From assembly GCA_964035545.1 (NCBI GenBank), contig OZ037771.1:15471289-15535288 (forward strand): DNA of 64,000 bases. The letters are read 5' to 3'. Shown piece by piece: positions 39,084 through 51,300 of this stretch; within the stretch, counting starts at the first letter, position 1, and every line of letters begins with the position of its first letter. This DNA is from Bugula neritina. Its lineage: Eukaryota; Animalia; Bryozoa. A program made the translations under genes and the position numbers. The notes below the pieces were generated by a model. It worked only from the letters and a program-made list of their open reading frames with translations, ran no database searches and was not told the origin of the DNA.

Positions 39084-41770
39084 CTATTTCTTTGTTGACT
39101 TTCTTTTGCCTCCTGCAGTCTTTGTGCCATCTGATGTAGATTTCCTCTTTGGTTTTTCTGCAGTTTTCGCTAGTTTCTCTGTAGCAGACTCTGCGGGTGT
39201 TTTAGAAGTAGACTGTTCGGGGGATTTCATCTTGCTGCCACTTGTCCCAGCGTTCTCTGTTCTCTGTGAGGATGCTGACTTTTTAGGTTCTGCTGCCTTT
39301 ATCTCCTTTAGGTCAGCTTCTGCTTTTGCCTTTGTGAGAAAATACCATATCATTATATATCTAGAATATAGAACTTACCACACTGTTATATCTCTAGAAT
39401 ATAGAACTTACCACACTGTTATATCTCTAGAATATAGAACTTACCACACTGTTATATCTCTAGAATATAGAACTTACCACACTGTTATATCTCTAGAGTA
39501 TAGAACTTACCACACTGTTATATATTTAGAATATAGAACTTACCACACTGTTACATCTCTAGAATATAGAACTTACCACACTGTTATATATCTAGAATAT
39601 AGAACTTACCACACTGTTACATCTCTAGAATATAGAACTTACCACACTGTTATATCTCTAGAATATAGAACTTACCATACTGTTACATCTCTAGAATATA
39701 GAACTTACCACACTGTTACATCTCTAGAATATAGAACTTACCACACTGTTACATCTCTAGAATATAGAACTTGCCACACTGTTATATCTCTAGAATATAG
39801 AACTTACCACACTGTTATATCTCTAGAATATAGAACTTACCACACTGTTACATCTCTAGAATATAGAACTTACCACACTGTTATATCTCTAGAATATAGA
39901 ACTTACCACACTGTTATATCTCTAGAATATAGAACTTACCACACTGTTATATCTCTAGAATATAGAACTTACCACACTGTTATATATCTAGAATATAGAA
40001 CTTACCACACTGTTATATCTCTAGAATATAGAACTTACCACACTGTTATATATCTAGAATATAGAACTTACCACACTGTTATATATCTAGAATATAGAAC
40101 TTACCACACTGTTATATATCTAGAATATAGAACTTACCACACTGTTACATCTCTAGAATATAGAACTTACCATACTGTTACATCTCTAGAATATAGAACT
40201 TACCATCTTATCTTCAGGTTCTTCCCAGGCAAATCTCTCAACAGCACTATCTGAACTCTGTGACTGATACGGCACAGTAACCCCTGAAACACAAACATTT
40301 CATATCATTTGCATCATTACCCTAACATGTCAATCTCTAACAGGTACTCCCTTCTATGTCAATCTCTAACAGGTGCTCCCCTTTATGTCAACCTCTAGCA
40401 GGTACTCCCTTCTATGTCAACGTCTAACAGGTACTCCCTTCTATGTTAACCTCTAACAGGTACTCCCTTCTATGTTAACCTCTAACAGGTGCTCCCTTCT
40501 ATGTTAACCTCTAACAGGTACTCCCTTCTATGTTAACCTACACTGTACAGAGCTATGTGTATGTATGCAGGACAACCGCTGCCCTCCAACTAACCTTCGG
40601 CCTCAAGGGCAGCGTTGCTGTCAGTTCTGGTCCAAGTGTTGGTGATGTCAGCCACTATATCTATACTGGTCACATCAGCTGCCGGTTTAAACATGGAGAT
40701 ACCATCTGGCTTCTCGGAGGGGGCGCGCTCCAGGGGTGCCGACCCTTCACCATTCTTTTGGAATATGCCACACCGTAGCTATAAATACAACTAAATGTGT
40801 ATACGCTGTGTATGTATTACAGATGATGTACTGTGTATGTATTACAGATGATGTACTGTGTATGTACTTAGTGTCAGAATTTATGTAGTAAAATAATATC
40901 AAGAAAAAGGCACACTTGTGCTGCACGTACTTTAGCTATGATTACTGCTGCCACCATAGCCCCAACCATTAGAACTATGCAAGCTATGCCAACGTAGGCG
41001 ACGGTGGGGAGGCCTCCCTCATCTCCTCGGAGTTCCAGAGCTATATTTATTGGCTGAGTGCACTCTTCATTTGAACAGCCTACAACCAGTGGCAGATAAG
41101 GAGGTTATTTGGTCAATGAAATGCTCTGAAGGTAAATAGAATGCAGTCGCATTTGATCAAAGTGATTGTACTGCTATCACGTGTTGTTCTTACATTGAGT
41201 TCCGGCAATGCAGGCTTGTCCCACCTCACAGAACCCGCTACCGCAGTACTCCTGGGCACACAGAGGTCCCGTGAAGTGCTGGTAGCAGTCACAGGTGTCT
41301 CCTGCACATATGCCGTGAATACATGGACATTGAGCATTCACTGCGGACTTAGTGTCTAAAATATGTAACTCATAGTTACTACTCAACACTACAGCATGTG
41401 ACTCATAGTTACTACTTGGTACTACAGCATGTGACTCATAGTTACTACTCAGTACTACAACATATAGTTCATAGTTACTACTCAGTACTACAGTATGTGA
41501 CTCATAGTTACTACTCAGTACTACAACATATAGTTCATAGTTACTACTCAGTACTACAGTATGTGACTCATAGTTACTACTCAGTACTACAGTATGTGAC
41601 TCATAGTTACTACTCAGTACTACAACATGTGACTCATAGTTACTACTCAGTACTACAGCATATAGTTCATAGTCACTACTCAGTACTATAGCATGTGACT
41701 CATAGTCACTACTATACTTACAGAGGATGACAGAGAAGATGGTAATAAACTGAAGTATAGTCATATCCAT
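39084..41770 (-). CDS. Uncharacterised single-pass type I membrane protein with Cys-rich EGF-like ectodomain (about 289 aa)
   Basis: 6 phase-consistent exons: 41770-41722, 41355-41194, 41079-40931, 40778-40595, 40283-40204, 39329-39084 (last acceptor is AAG). Signal peptide MDMTILQFITIFSVILYTKSAVNA, then CPCIHGICAGDTCDCYQHFTGPLC…, TM segment VAYVGIACIVLMVGAMVAAVIIAK, then a Lys/Ser-rich tail. Confidence 0.8.
39361..40203. repeat. 33-nt tandem repeat, about 25 copies, in intron 5 of the EGF-TM gene
   Basis: Unit CACACTGTTATATCTCTAGAATATAGAACTTAC. Confidence 0.95.
40330..40540. repeat. 29-nt tandem repeat in intron 4 of the EGF-TM gene
   Basis: Unit CTCTAACAGGTACTCCCTTCTATGTTAAC, about 7 copies. 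Confidence 0.85.
41368..41713. repeat. 33-nt tandem repeat in intron 1 of the EGF-TM gene
   Basis: Unit CATAGTTACTACTCAGTACTACAGTATGTGACT, about 10 copies. Confidence 0.9.
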
Positions 41771-42051
41771 TTGCTGATTGGTTGCATGAAAATCTATTGT
41801 AACATTTCTTGTCCATTCTTATATCATATCCATGCGTCAAGCATTATTTTTACAAATTTTTTGTGTTGGAATTTTTGTAAATTACATTATATTATTATAT
41901 TAATATTAAATTGTTAGGCTGGCATACATAGAAAATATTTCATCAATGCAACAATACGGTGTCCATATACAGCCATAAAGCTTAAACGATTTTAATACAA
42001 CACTAGCATATAGTAAAGACTATAGTGTATATAAAAATTCTAAACTTAATA

Positions 42052-42820
42052 TATACTGTATACTATCAACTACTGTATACTACCAACTGCTGTATACTAT
42101 CAACTATACTGTATACTACCTACTGCTGTATACTATCTACTACTGTACACTATCTACTACTGTATACTATCAACTACTGTGTACTATCTACTACTGTATA
42201 CTACCTACTACTGTATACTACCTACTACTGTATACTATCTACTACTGTATACTATCTACTACTGTGTACTATCTACTACTGTGTACTATCTACTACTGTA
42301 TACTATCTACTACTGTATACTATCTACTACTGTATACTACCAACTACTGTATACTATCTACTACTGTATACTATCAACTACTGTGTACTATCTACTACTG
42401 TATACTATCAACTACTGTATACTATCAACTATACTGTATATTATCTACTACTGTGTACTACCAACTACTGTATACTATCAACTACTGTATACTATCTACT
42501 ACTGTGTACTATCAACTGCTGTATACTATCAACTACTGTATACTATCAACTACTGTATACTATCTACTACTGTATACTATCAACTACTGTGTACTATCTA
42601 CTACTGTGTACTATCAACTGCTGTATACTATCTACTACTGTATACTATCTACTACTGTATACTCTACTACTACTGTATACTATCTACTACTGTGTACTAT
42701 CTACTACTGTATACTATCTACTACTGTATACTATCTACTACTGTATACTATCAACTACTGCATGTATACTATCAACTACTGTGTACTATCAACTACTGCA
42801 TGTATACTATCAACTATCAA
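42052..42820. repeat. 17-nt tandem repeat, intergenic
   Basis: Unit TATACTATC(T/A)ACTACTG with variants. Confidence 0.9.
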
Positions 42821-43194
42821 TGTAGTCTGTAGTATCGGTGTAGTGTAACATAACATTTATTTGTAAATAATATCACAATATCAAAACTATATTTAAAAAG
42901 TAGCACCAAGCAAAGCTGCCTTATAACTCACTTTGCCAACATAGTATGTGACTATAAACAATTAAACCTTACTTCAACAATAAAAACTCACACCAAAACC
43001 CAGGTGTTTGGTTAAACCTCAAGTCATAGCAAGTTTATTGCAACTTTAGCGAATCACTAATTTATTCACTTCAATTGGCTGTAATGTAGAACTAGGTTAG
43101 TTTTGAATTATTAAAGTGCAGGCATTGTTTACTGTATAGTAAACTAAGAGTATAGTACATTGTCAAGTCACTACAGTTTAAACTTGAGTCATTG

Positions 43195-46096
43195 TCAAGT
43201 TGCCATCACAGAGCCAGTTACTCTATCCAACTCATCAAAGCTAAGCTCCTGAGTCCATTGAAATAACTTGTCTGCTTCAGCATTGAGCTCTTCATCGTCA
43301 CTTGGTACTCCTATGAGCTCTTCATTCATTGTCTGCATCAATACAAGCAATATAAACAAACTAGTCAATAAGATCATTATATAATCAAACAGAATGTATT
43401 ACAAGTTTATGAACTATCAAGCTACCTTCAATAATATTATGTTCAGACAACTTCTATTTAATCATGTGCAAAATTAGTAAGAACATAAAGTCACTCACGG
43501 AAGAGCGGGAAAGGAGACCGTACATTTTCTTCATTTGTTTGACTCTTTGCTTTGCTTGCCTCGAGCCCCGACCCGTGTCCGCTGGTTTGATGTTAGAGGT
43601 CTTTGCAGTGTGGTGTGATGGAGGTGGTGAAGACATCCTTGATATTGTCTGCAAGTAGAATGTTTGCTTTAACTTAGTATACAGATATAAGAAAGGTAAT
43701 AAACATGTTTTCGGTGACTATAAAAAGACGTGCTAACTAAAAGCTGGTCTTACTTCTATATGTCTCAACTCCATATCTGCATTCACTGGTGACTTGGCCA
43801 ACACAGGCAGCTCCTTGCGCAACCTTTCAGTCATCTTTTTGTGGTAGAGAAAGTCCATGATGTCATAGAATATAGTCTGACGGGGTATCACTGCAGGTAA
43901 ATTACTTTCTTTATTAGACATAAGTAATATTTCTACCTGCAGCTAGCTATGCCGTAATGACTGCATCTATTATACTATTATGTTACGTATCTGACTTACC
44001 ATCTAGTGTAAGTTTCCTCCAGTAGTTGTCTTTCCCTCCCATGTAGCTAGGCAACTCATCAATGTGACTGAGATACTAAATATAAAGAACATTGATTAGT
44101 ATAACAGACTATTAACTTCTCATAGTCTTAGAGCAATAGTGTACTTAGACTGAGAACTTCGCATACCTGCATGTAGTCTTTTAGTGTAGTTACGTCCATT
44201 TCATCAGTCACCTTGTACCTCTCACGGCACATGGAATCCTGGACCATAATTTGAAGAAACTTCCTCTTTCCCATGAGATCACAGGCCTCTTCCGCCGCCT
44301 TGCTAGCCGGTTTTATTGCCTTCTTACCACTCATGTACTTCACCCTCGCCATCGTGGTGTCCGAATAAATCTTAAAGTACACCATAGGCGGGAATTCCGC
44401 TCCTCCAAATCTGTATAACAAACAATTATACACCTTGTCTAATGTCTACAGTATATACCTTGTCTAATGTCTACACTATATACCTTGTCTAATGTCTGCA
44501 CTATATACCTTGTCTAATGTCTACACTATATACCTTGTCTAATGTCTACACTATATACCTTGTCTAATGTCTACACTATATACCTTGTCTAATGTCTACA
44601 CTATATACCTTGTCTAATGTCTACAGTATATACCTTGTCTAATGTCTACACTATATACCCTGTCTAATGTCTACACTATATACCCTGTCTAATGTCTACA
44701 CTATATACCTTGTCTAATGTCTACACTGTATACCTTGTCTAATGTCTACACTATATACCCTGTCTAATGTCTACACTATATATACCTTGTCTAATGTCTA
44801 CAGTATATACCTTGTCTAATGTCTACACTGTATGCCTTGTCTAATGTCTACACTATATACCCTGTCTAATGTCTACACTATATACCTTGTCTAATGTCTA
44901 CACTATATACCTTGTCTAATGTCTACACTATATACCTTGTCTAATGTCTACACTATATACCTTGTCTAATGTCTACACTATATACATTGTCTAATGTCTA
45001 CACTATATACCTTGTCTAATGTCTACACTGTATACCTTGTCTAATGTCTACACTATATACCCTGTCTAATGTCTACACTATATACCTTGTCTAATGTCTA
45101 CACTATATACCTTGTCTAATGTCTACACTATATACCCTGTCTAATGTCTACACTATATACCTTGTCTAATGTCTACAGTATATACCTTGTCTAATGTCTA
45201 CACTATATACCCTGTCTAATGTCTACACTATATACCCTGTCTAATGTCTACACTATATACCTTGTCTAATGTCTACACTGTATACCTTGTCTAATGTCTA
45301 CACTATATACCCTGTCTAATGTCTACACTATATATACCTTGTCTAATGTCTACAGTATATACCTTGTCTAATGTCTACACTGTATGCCTTGTCTAATGTC
45401 TACACTATATACCCTGTCTAATGTCTACACTATATACCTTGTCTAATGTCTACACTATATACCTTGTCTAATGTCTACACTATATACCTTGTCTAATGTC
45501 TACACTATATACCTTGTCTAATGTCTACACTATATACATTGTCTAATGTCTACACTATATACCTTGTCTAATGTCTACACTGTATACCTTGTCTAATGTC
45601 TACACTATATACCCTGTCTAATGTCTACACTATATACCTTGTCTAATGTCTACACTATATACCTTGTCTAATGTCTACACTATATACCCTGTCTAATGTT
45701 CTATTCATGGAGATCTCACCTAAAGCGAACTTTCACAGGAAGTCCTTTGTCTTTCAGAAGATTTGCCTCTTTGGGAGAAATTTTTCTCAATATTTCATAA
45801 CTGAGCGAGTGTTCTGCGGCACAAGTGGCATGTTTCAATAAGTTGTACATCTTCTTGTCCCTGTAAGCAAGCCAAGCTCGCTCTATTACTCTCGCAGCTA
45901 CCACTCTTTTCACTTCTTGAGGATTTAAAGTGAGAGAGTCTTGTCTGGTGTTTGTGTCATCTCGAAATGTCACTGACTGTCTACTCGATTCTAATGTCTG
46001 TGCAACTGGTTTTAGTATTCCACTATCAACTATTGGCTTAAGCTGCTCACCCTTCTTCTTCACTTCTACACCAATGGTAACAGGCTGGTACTCCAT
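43195..46096 (-). CDS. CXorf58: CXorf58-like uncharacterised protein
   Basis: 6 exons: 46096-45720, 44410-44167, 44075-44000, 43890-43754, 43648-43499, 43332-43195. Motifs AARVIERAW, LLKHATCAAE, VRFRFGGAEFPP.VYFKI, ACDLMGKRKF, DVTTLKDYMQY, GGKDNYWRKL recall human CXorf58. Confidence 0.85.
44432..45699. repeat. 25-nt tandem repeat, about 50 copies, filling a CXorf58 intron
   Basis: Unit CTATATACCTTGTCTAATGTCTACA. Confidence 0.95.
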
Positions 46097-46872
46097 AACA
46101 ACAGTGAAACTACTAAAATAGTAAACTGGCTAATGCATTTCAACATCTACATATTAATATTAACTTATACAAATTATCATTAAACTTAAACACTTAGTTT
46201 TACATAGCTACCTATTTTTATTTTCCATATTGATATAGTTATTTGAGTAGTCTACAGACAAAGTAAAAGGTCTACACGGTTTAAAATAGATATACTTATA
46301 GTATTACTAAATTAGTCTCTATGTTCATAATTGCAAAAGTATAAGCAAAATGGCAAAATCAAAGATTGATTTTATATTAACTTAGAGTGGAACTTTAACT
46401 TTAAGCTGCAAAGGTTAAAAAGTGTAATGGATAAATTAAAACTGGAAATATGAATAAGATTCTAGTTTGGATAGTTATTGATGCGTTAATAAATTCTTTT
46501 AAAAATCTTATTTAATTTTACGTCCAACAATAAAGATAAAAATACTACATTAATGGTATTACTACAAACTGTTACTATATTTTGTTTATTAGTCATACTA
46601 ATAGTAATAGTAATCATACTAATTGAAACTCCTTTTTTATTTTAATTTTATTGCAATACCATATTGTCTGTTTTCTTAATATTTCATTACCACACGAATA
46701 CTCGTAGATTGATGTATAACTGGACTAATCTTAAAATTTTGGAAATAAACATTGCATAAACTTTTTAAATGACAAAGCTTAAAAAACTGGCGGTTACCCG
46801 AACAAAACGTAATTCTATTGATGGGTAAATTTACTTTTCAGATTTGAGCAACCATCTTAACATTCGCTGATG

Positions 46873-46885
46873 GTTGCGTGGTTAC
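46873..46885. promoter_or_regulatory. RFX X-box-like motif in the CXorf58/IFT80 divergent promoter
   Basis: GTTGCGTGGTTAC (reverse complement GTAACCACGCAAC), a 13-bp imperfect inverted repeat about 250 nt upstream of the IFT80 ATG. Confidence 0.4.
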
Positions 46886-47138
46886 AGTTTATAGTCTCAA
46901 GTAAAATTTTAAAAGCTTTTTTGACAATAAACTAAAAATGTGTACAAAATTATTTATAAGCAAAAAATTAAACAATAAAAATATATAAACATATGTATCA
47001 GTCATTTATACATGATAGCGAAACACGCATGCGTTAGCATAAAATTCCTTTGCAACCAATTCTAAACTAACTGGAGAAATCGATCCATGTTGCACGTGAA
47101 TATTTATTTTTTTTAATTTTGTGATAAGACACGTCGAA

Positions 47139-48315
47139 ATGAGGTTTAAGGTACATTTGAAAAAGAAACCTGAACATAGTGAGTTGGCTAGCTGTGTTGG
47201 ATGGAATACTGCAGATGAGGTGTACTCAAGCTCAGACGATCATCAAGTGTTGAAATCGAGTCTAGTAAACCAGGAGACGAGTAAAGTTTGCAACTTGCCA
47301 AATGATGTTTACCCTACAGATATGCATTGGTTCCCAAAAATTGGTGGCTCTAAAAAACAAGCTGGGTCGGATATTTTTGCTTTAGCTGCAACAGATGGTC
47401 AGTATCTATCCTTTAAGTGTATCATTCATCATAATGATATTCATATTGAACTAACTCAAAGTTCACTTGTAGTTGGAGTTTTATTAACTAAATATATTAA
47501 TTTAATCTAATCAATATGATTATTGCGATAATCATCATGTCATGAACAATTAATAGGCATAGCAAAAATACATATTTAATTTTATTGGCTCGTTGATTTA
47601 AGTTTTATTGCAAACAATAGCAGCGTATAATTATATGTTATCGAGTAATTTTTTTGATTTGAAACAGTCAAACTTAAGATGAACCTATGTCAGTTTTCTT
47701 GCTGCTTGAATCTGGGTTTGTTTTGTCTTTATTGAAAGATCTTTTAAGTGATAAACAATCTAGAATTTGTTAACACTCATTTAGATATTACATATAATGT
47801 AAATAAAAAAATTTATATTGTAGGAAAGTTTTATTTGATCTCAAGAGCAGGAAGAGTTGAAAAATCTGTTGAAGCTCACCGGGGTGCGGTCTTATGTGTG
47901 AGATGGAGCTATGATGGTAATGCACTGATTACATCTGGCGAGGATGGGCTGGTGAGTAACAGAAGGATTTAAGGAGATGACCCAAGTTCCGGTTATATAA
48001 TTTCCACTACTACTCTATACTACTCTTATCTCAGGTTAAAATATGGTCTCGAAGTGGTATGCTGAGGTCAACACTGGCTACCAATGCCTCCCCAGTGTAC
48101 GGAGTTGCCTGGAGTCCCGACTCAGACGCAGTTCTGTACACCAACAGTGGTCAGCTCGTCATCAAGTCACTTCAGGCTAATGCTAAACCTCAATCAGTGA
48201 GTTTGACTCAACAGTCGGTCTTTCACTACTCTTACTCTTCTACTACTACTACTACTGCTACTGCTACTGCTGCTAATGCTGCTACTACTAGTACTACTAC
48301 TACTACTACTACTAT

Positions 48316-48353
<38 letters not shown>

Positions 48354-51300
48354 TTACTACAGCTACTACTACTGGTACTAATCTACTGCTGCTGCTGCCA
48401 TCATTACTACCACCACTACTATTAGTACTAGTACTATGCTACTACTACCTACTATCATTGCAGTGGAAAGCTCATGAAGGAGTGATATTGAAAATAGACT
48501 GGAATCCTGTCACTGGTTTCATAGTCTCAGGAGGGGAGGACTGCAGGTACAAGGTAACCTCTTCAACTTACATTGAAACTTTTAGCGAATACAATAAGTT
48601 TTTAGGAAATACCAATACAAGGACTGGTTGCTGTGAAATATTTGCTGACTTGTTGAATTGCAATGAGTTGGTCAGCTGACTGTGAACACGTGACTGTGAA
48701 CATGTGACTGTGAACATGTGACTGTGAACATGTGACTTTTAGGTGTGGGATTCCTATGGTAGACAGATGTACAACAGTGTAAACCATGATTATCCCATCA
48801 CCTCAGTAGCCTGGGCCCCTGACGGCCAGCTGTTTGCTGTGGGGTCCTTCAACACCCTCCGACTATGTGATAAAGCTGGCTGGTCTCACAGTCTAGACAA
48901 AGTTTCCACTGGGAGTATATTCAGTTTGTCCTGGTCATCCGACGGCACCCAGATAGCTGGTGCTTGTGGTAGTGGACAGATTGTGTTTGGGAATCTAATA
49001 GAAAGGTGATGTGCTCTCAGAGTAATATACTAGAGTCTGGACTATATCTTGTTGCATGTCGTGTGGGTTACTGCTTGTAGGTGACAGAAAGCTATTATAT
49101 TTACTCTTTGTGTGAACGTAACTTGCATACATTTCAATGAGATGAACATTATAAACAGACGTCTGGAGTGGCAGGAGTACGAAGTCACAGTGACCGACCA
49201 AAGGACAGTGGCCGTACGTAACGTCACTAATGATACCAAAGAGAAGTTGGAGTTTAGAGATCGAGTAATAAAGGTTTCTCTTGGATATCGGCATCTCGTG
49301 GTGACCACCCCGTCTCAGTGCTATGTGTACAGGTGAGTAGACCGTCTCAGTGCTATGTGTACAGGTGAGTAGACCATCTCAGTGCTATGTGTACAGGTGA
49401 GTAGACCATCTCAGTGTATAGGTTAGTAGACCGTTTCAGTGTATAGGTTAGTAGACTGTTGTAATCGTGATGAATTCGGTGCATGGGGAGGTAATACCAG
49501 GTTTACTTCATCTACTCTGATTATTTGTCAGTGTAACTAACTGGAACACACCAACCATATTCGACCTGAAGGAAGGCAGCATCTCTATGATTCTATTGGC
49601 CGAGAAGCACTTCTTGGTAGTTGATAACACCAGTATTTACATCTACTCTTACGATGGTAGACTACAGTGTTCCCCTAAGTTTCCAGGTAATAACTGCTAG
49701 TACTACTCACTAATAACTATTAGTACTCAGTAATAACTAGTAGTACTACTCAGTATTAACTAGTAGTACTACTCACTAATAATTATTAGTACTCAGTGTT
49801 AACTGGTAGTACTAGTAACAGTTCCTACTCAAAGCATAGTCTGGTATACTATACTTGAAGGAATGCGGGCGGATATTCTCAACGAGATGACCGTAGCCTT
49901 AAGCAACGACACTCTTGCAGTCAGAGACAAGGCTAACGAGAAAGGTTTGTGACTTTGTTCCAAGAGACGAATTGCTATGCATTATATACGTTATATACAC
50001 ATGTCATCTACAGTGTATATAACACTCTGTACTCTGCCACTGTTGTATGATATATTGTGCTCTTACTCTACTCATAGTTGTCCACCTGTTTGACGCCACC
50101 ACTGGTAAAACTGTGGGAGATGGCAAACCATTGATGCACAAGGTAATATATTTGGCTGCAACTTATGAACCTCGTAGAAGTTGTCTGCTTTATTGTTTAA
50201 AAGGTGCATAAAATAGTCACGCTTGGTAGGTTTTAGCGCTAATTTGTTGTACGAATAGCGGTATATAAGCATGTAGCGTCGGTGGTGTAAAGGTTAGCAT
50301 TGTTGCCTTCCAAGCAATAGATCCGGGTTCGATTCCCGGCCGACGCATATTTTTTTTCCATTACAAATAATTTTTGTGCTTTTTTTGCGACAGCAAGACA
50401 TTGTGCAAGTGGTGTTGGATCAAGCAGGTTCGGCCCATGAGAGAAAGCTGGCTATTATTGACAAGAATCGCAATCTATTTTTAACCAGCACACGTACCTT
50501 CGGCTCTGAACCTAATATACAAAAGCTAGGTAGTTTTCAGTCAATACTCAACACAGTCTGCTGTTTATTATTGCTGACAAGATGCCATGACTAGTGGCTG
50601 TTCCTAAGCTGTGCAGTTGTATTGTAGGGTCGATGGTTCTGTCAGCTGTCTGCCATGATACGTGTAACATGATAGCTGCCTTGGCTGATGGTAAATTCAC
50701 AGTCTGGTTTTACCCTAATGTTGTGTTTGTTGATAAAGACCTGTTGCCTTTCGTAACATTTGAAAAAGGTGGGTCTATATATGTCTATACAGTTCTATAT
50801 ATGTCTATACACTTCTATATATGTCTATACAGTTCTATATATGTATATACAGTTCTATATATGTCTATACAGTTCTATCTATGTATATACAGTTCTATCT
50901 ATGTATATACACTTCTATCTATGTCTATAAAGTTCTATCTATGTCTATACAGTTCTATATATGTCTATACAGTTCTATATATGTATATACAGTTCTATCT
51001 ATGTCTATACAGTTCTATCTATGTCTATACAGTTCTATATATGTATATACAGTTCTATCTATGTCTATACAGTTCTATCTATGTCTATACAGTTCTATAT
51101 ATGTTTATACACTTCTATCTATATCTATATTCAAATTCCCCATAGAGTCTCTGGAATTCGGGAAGAATCCTTTCGTGAGCAGCTTTGTTGGCCGACATGT
51201 TGGGATTCGAAGGTCTGATGGGGCCGTAGTCTCTACTGCTGTGTCGCCATATCCTGCCTTGCTGCACGGCTACGTCATGGGGTCAGGGGTCACTCTTATA

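Noticed and set aside
39106-40254. 382-aa + strand ORF (LEYRTYHTVIS repeats)
   Set aside because: Antisense to the EGF-TM gene's last exons and its 33-nt intronic array.
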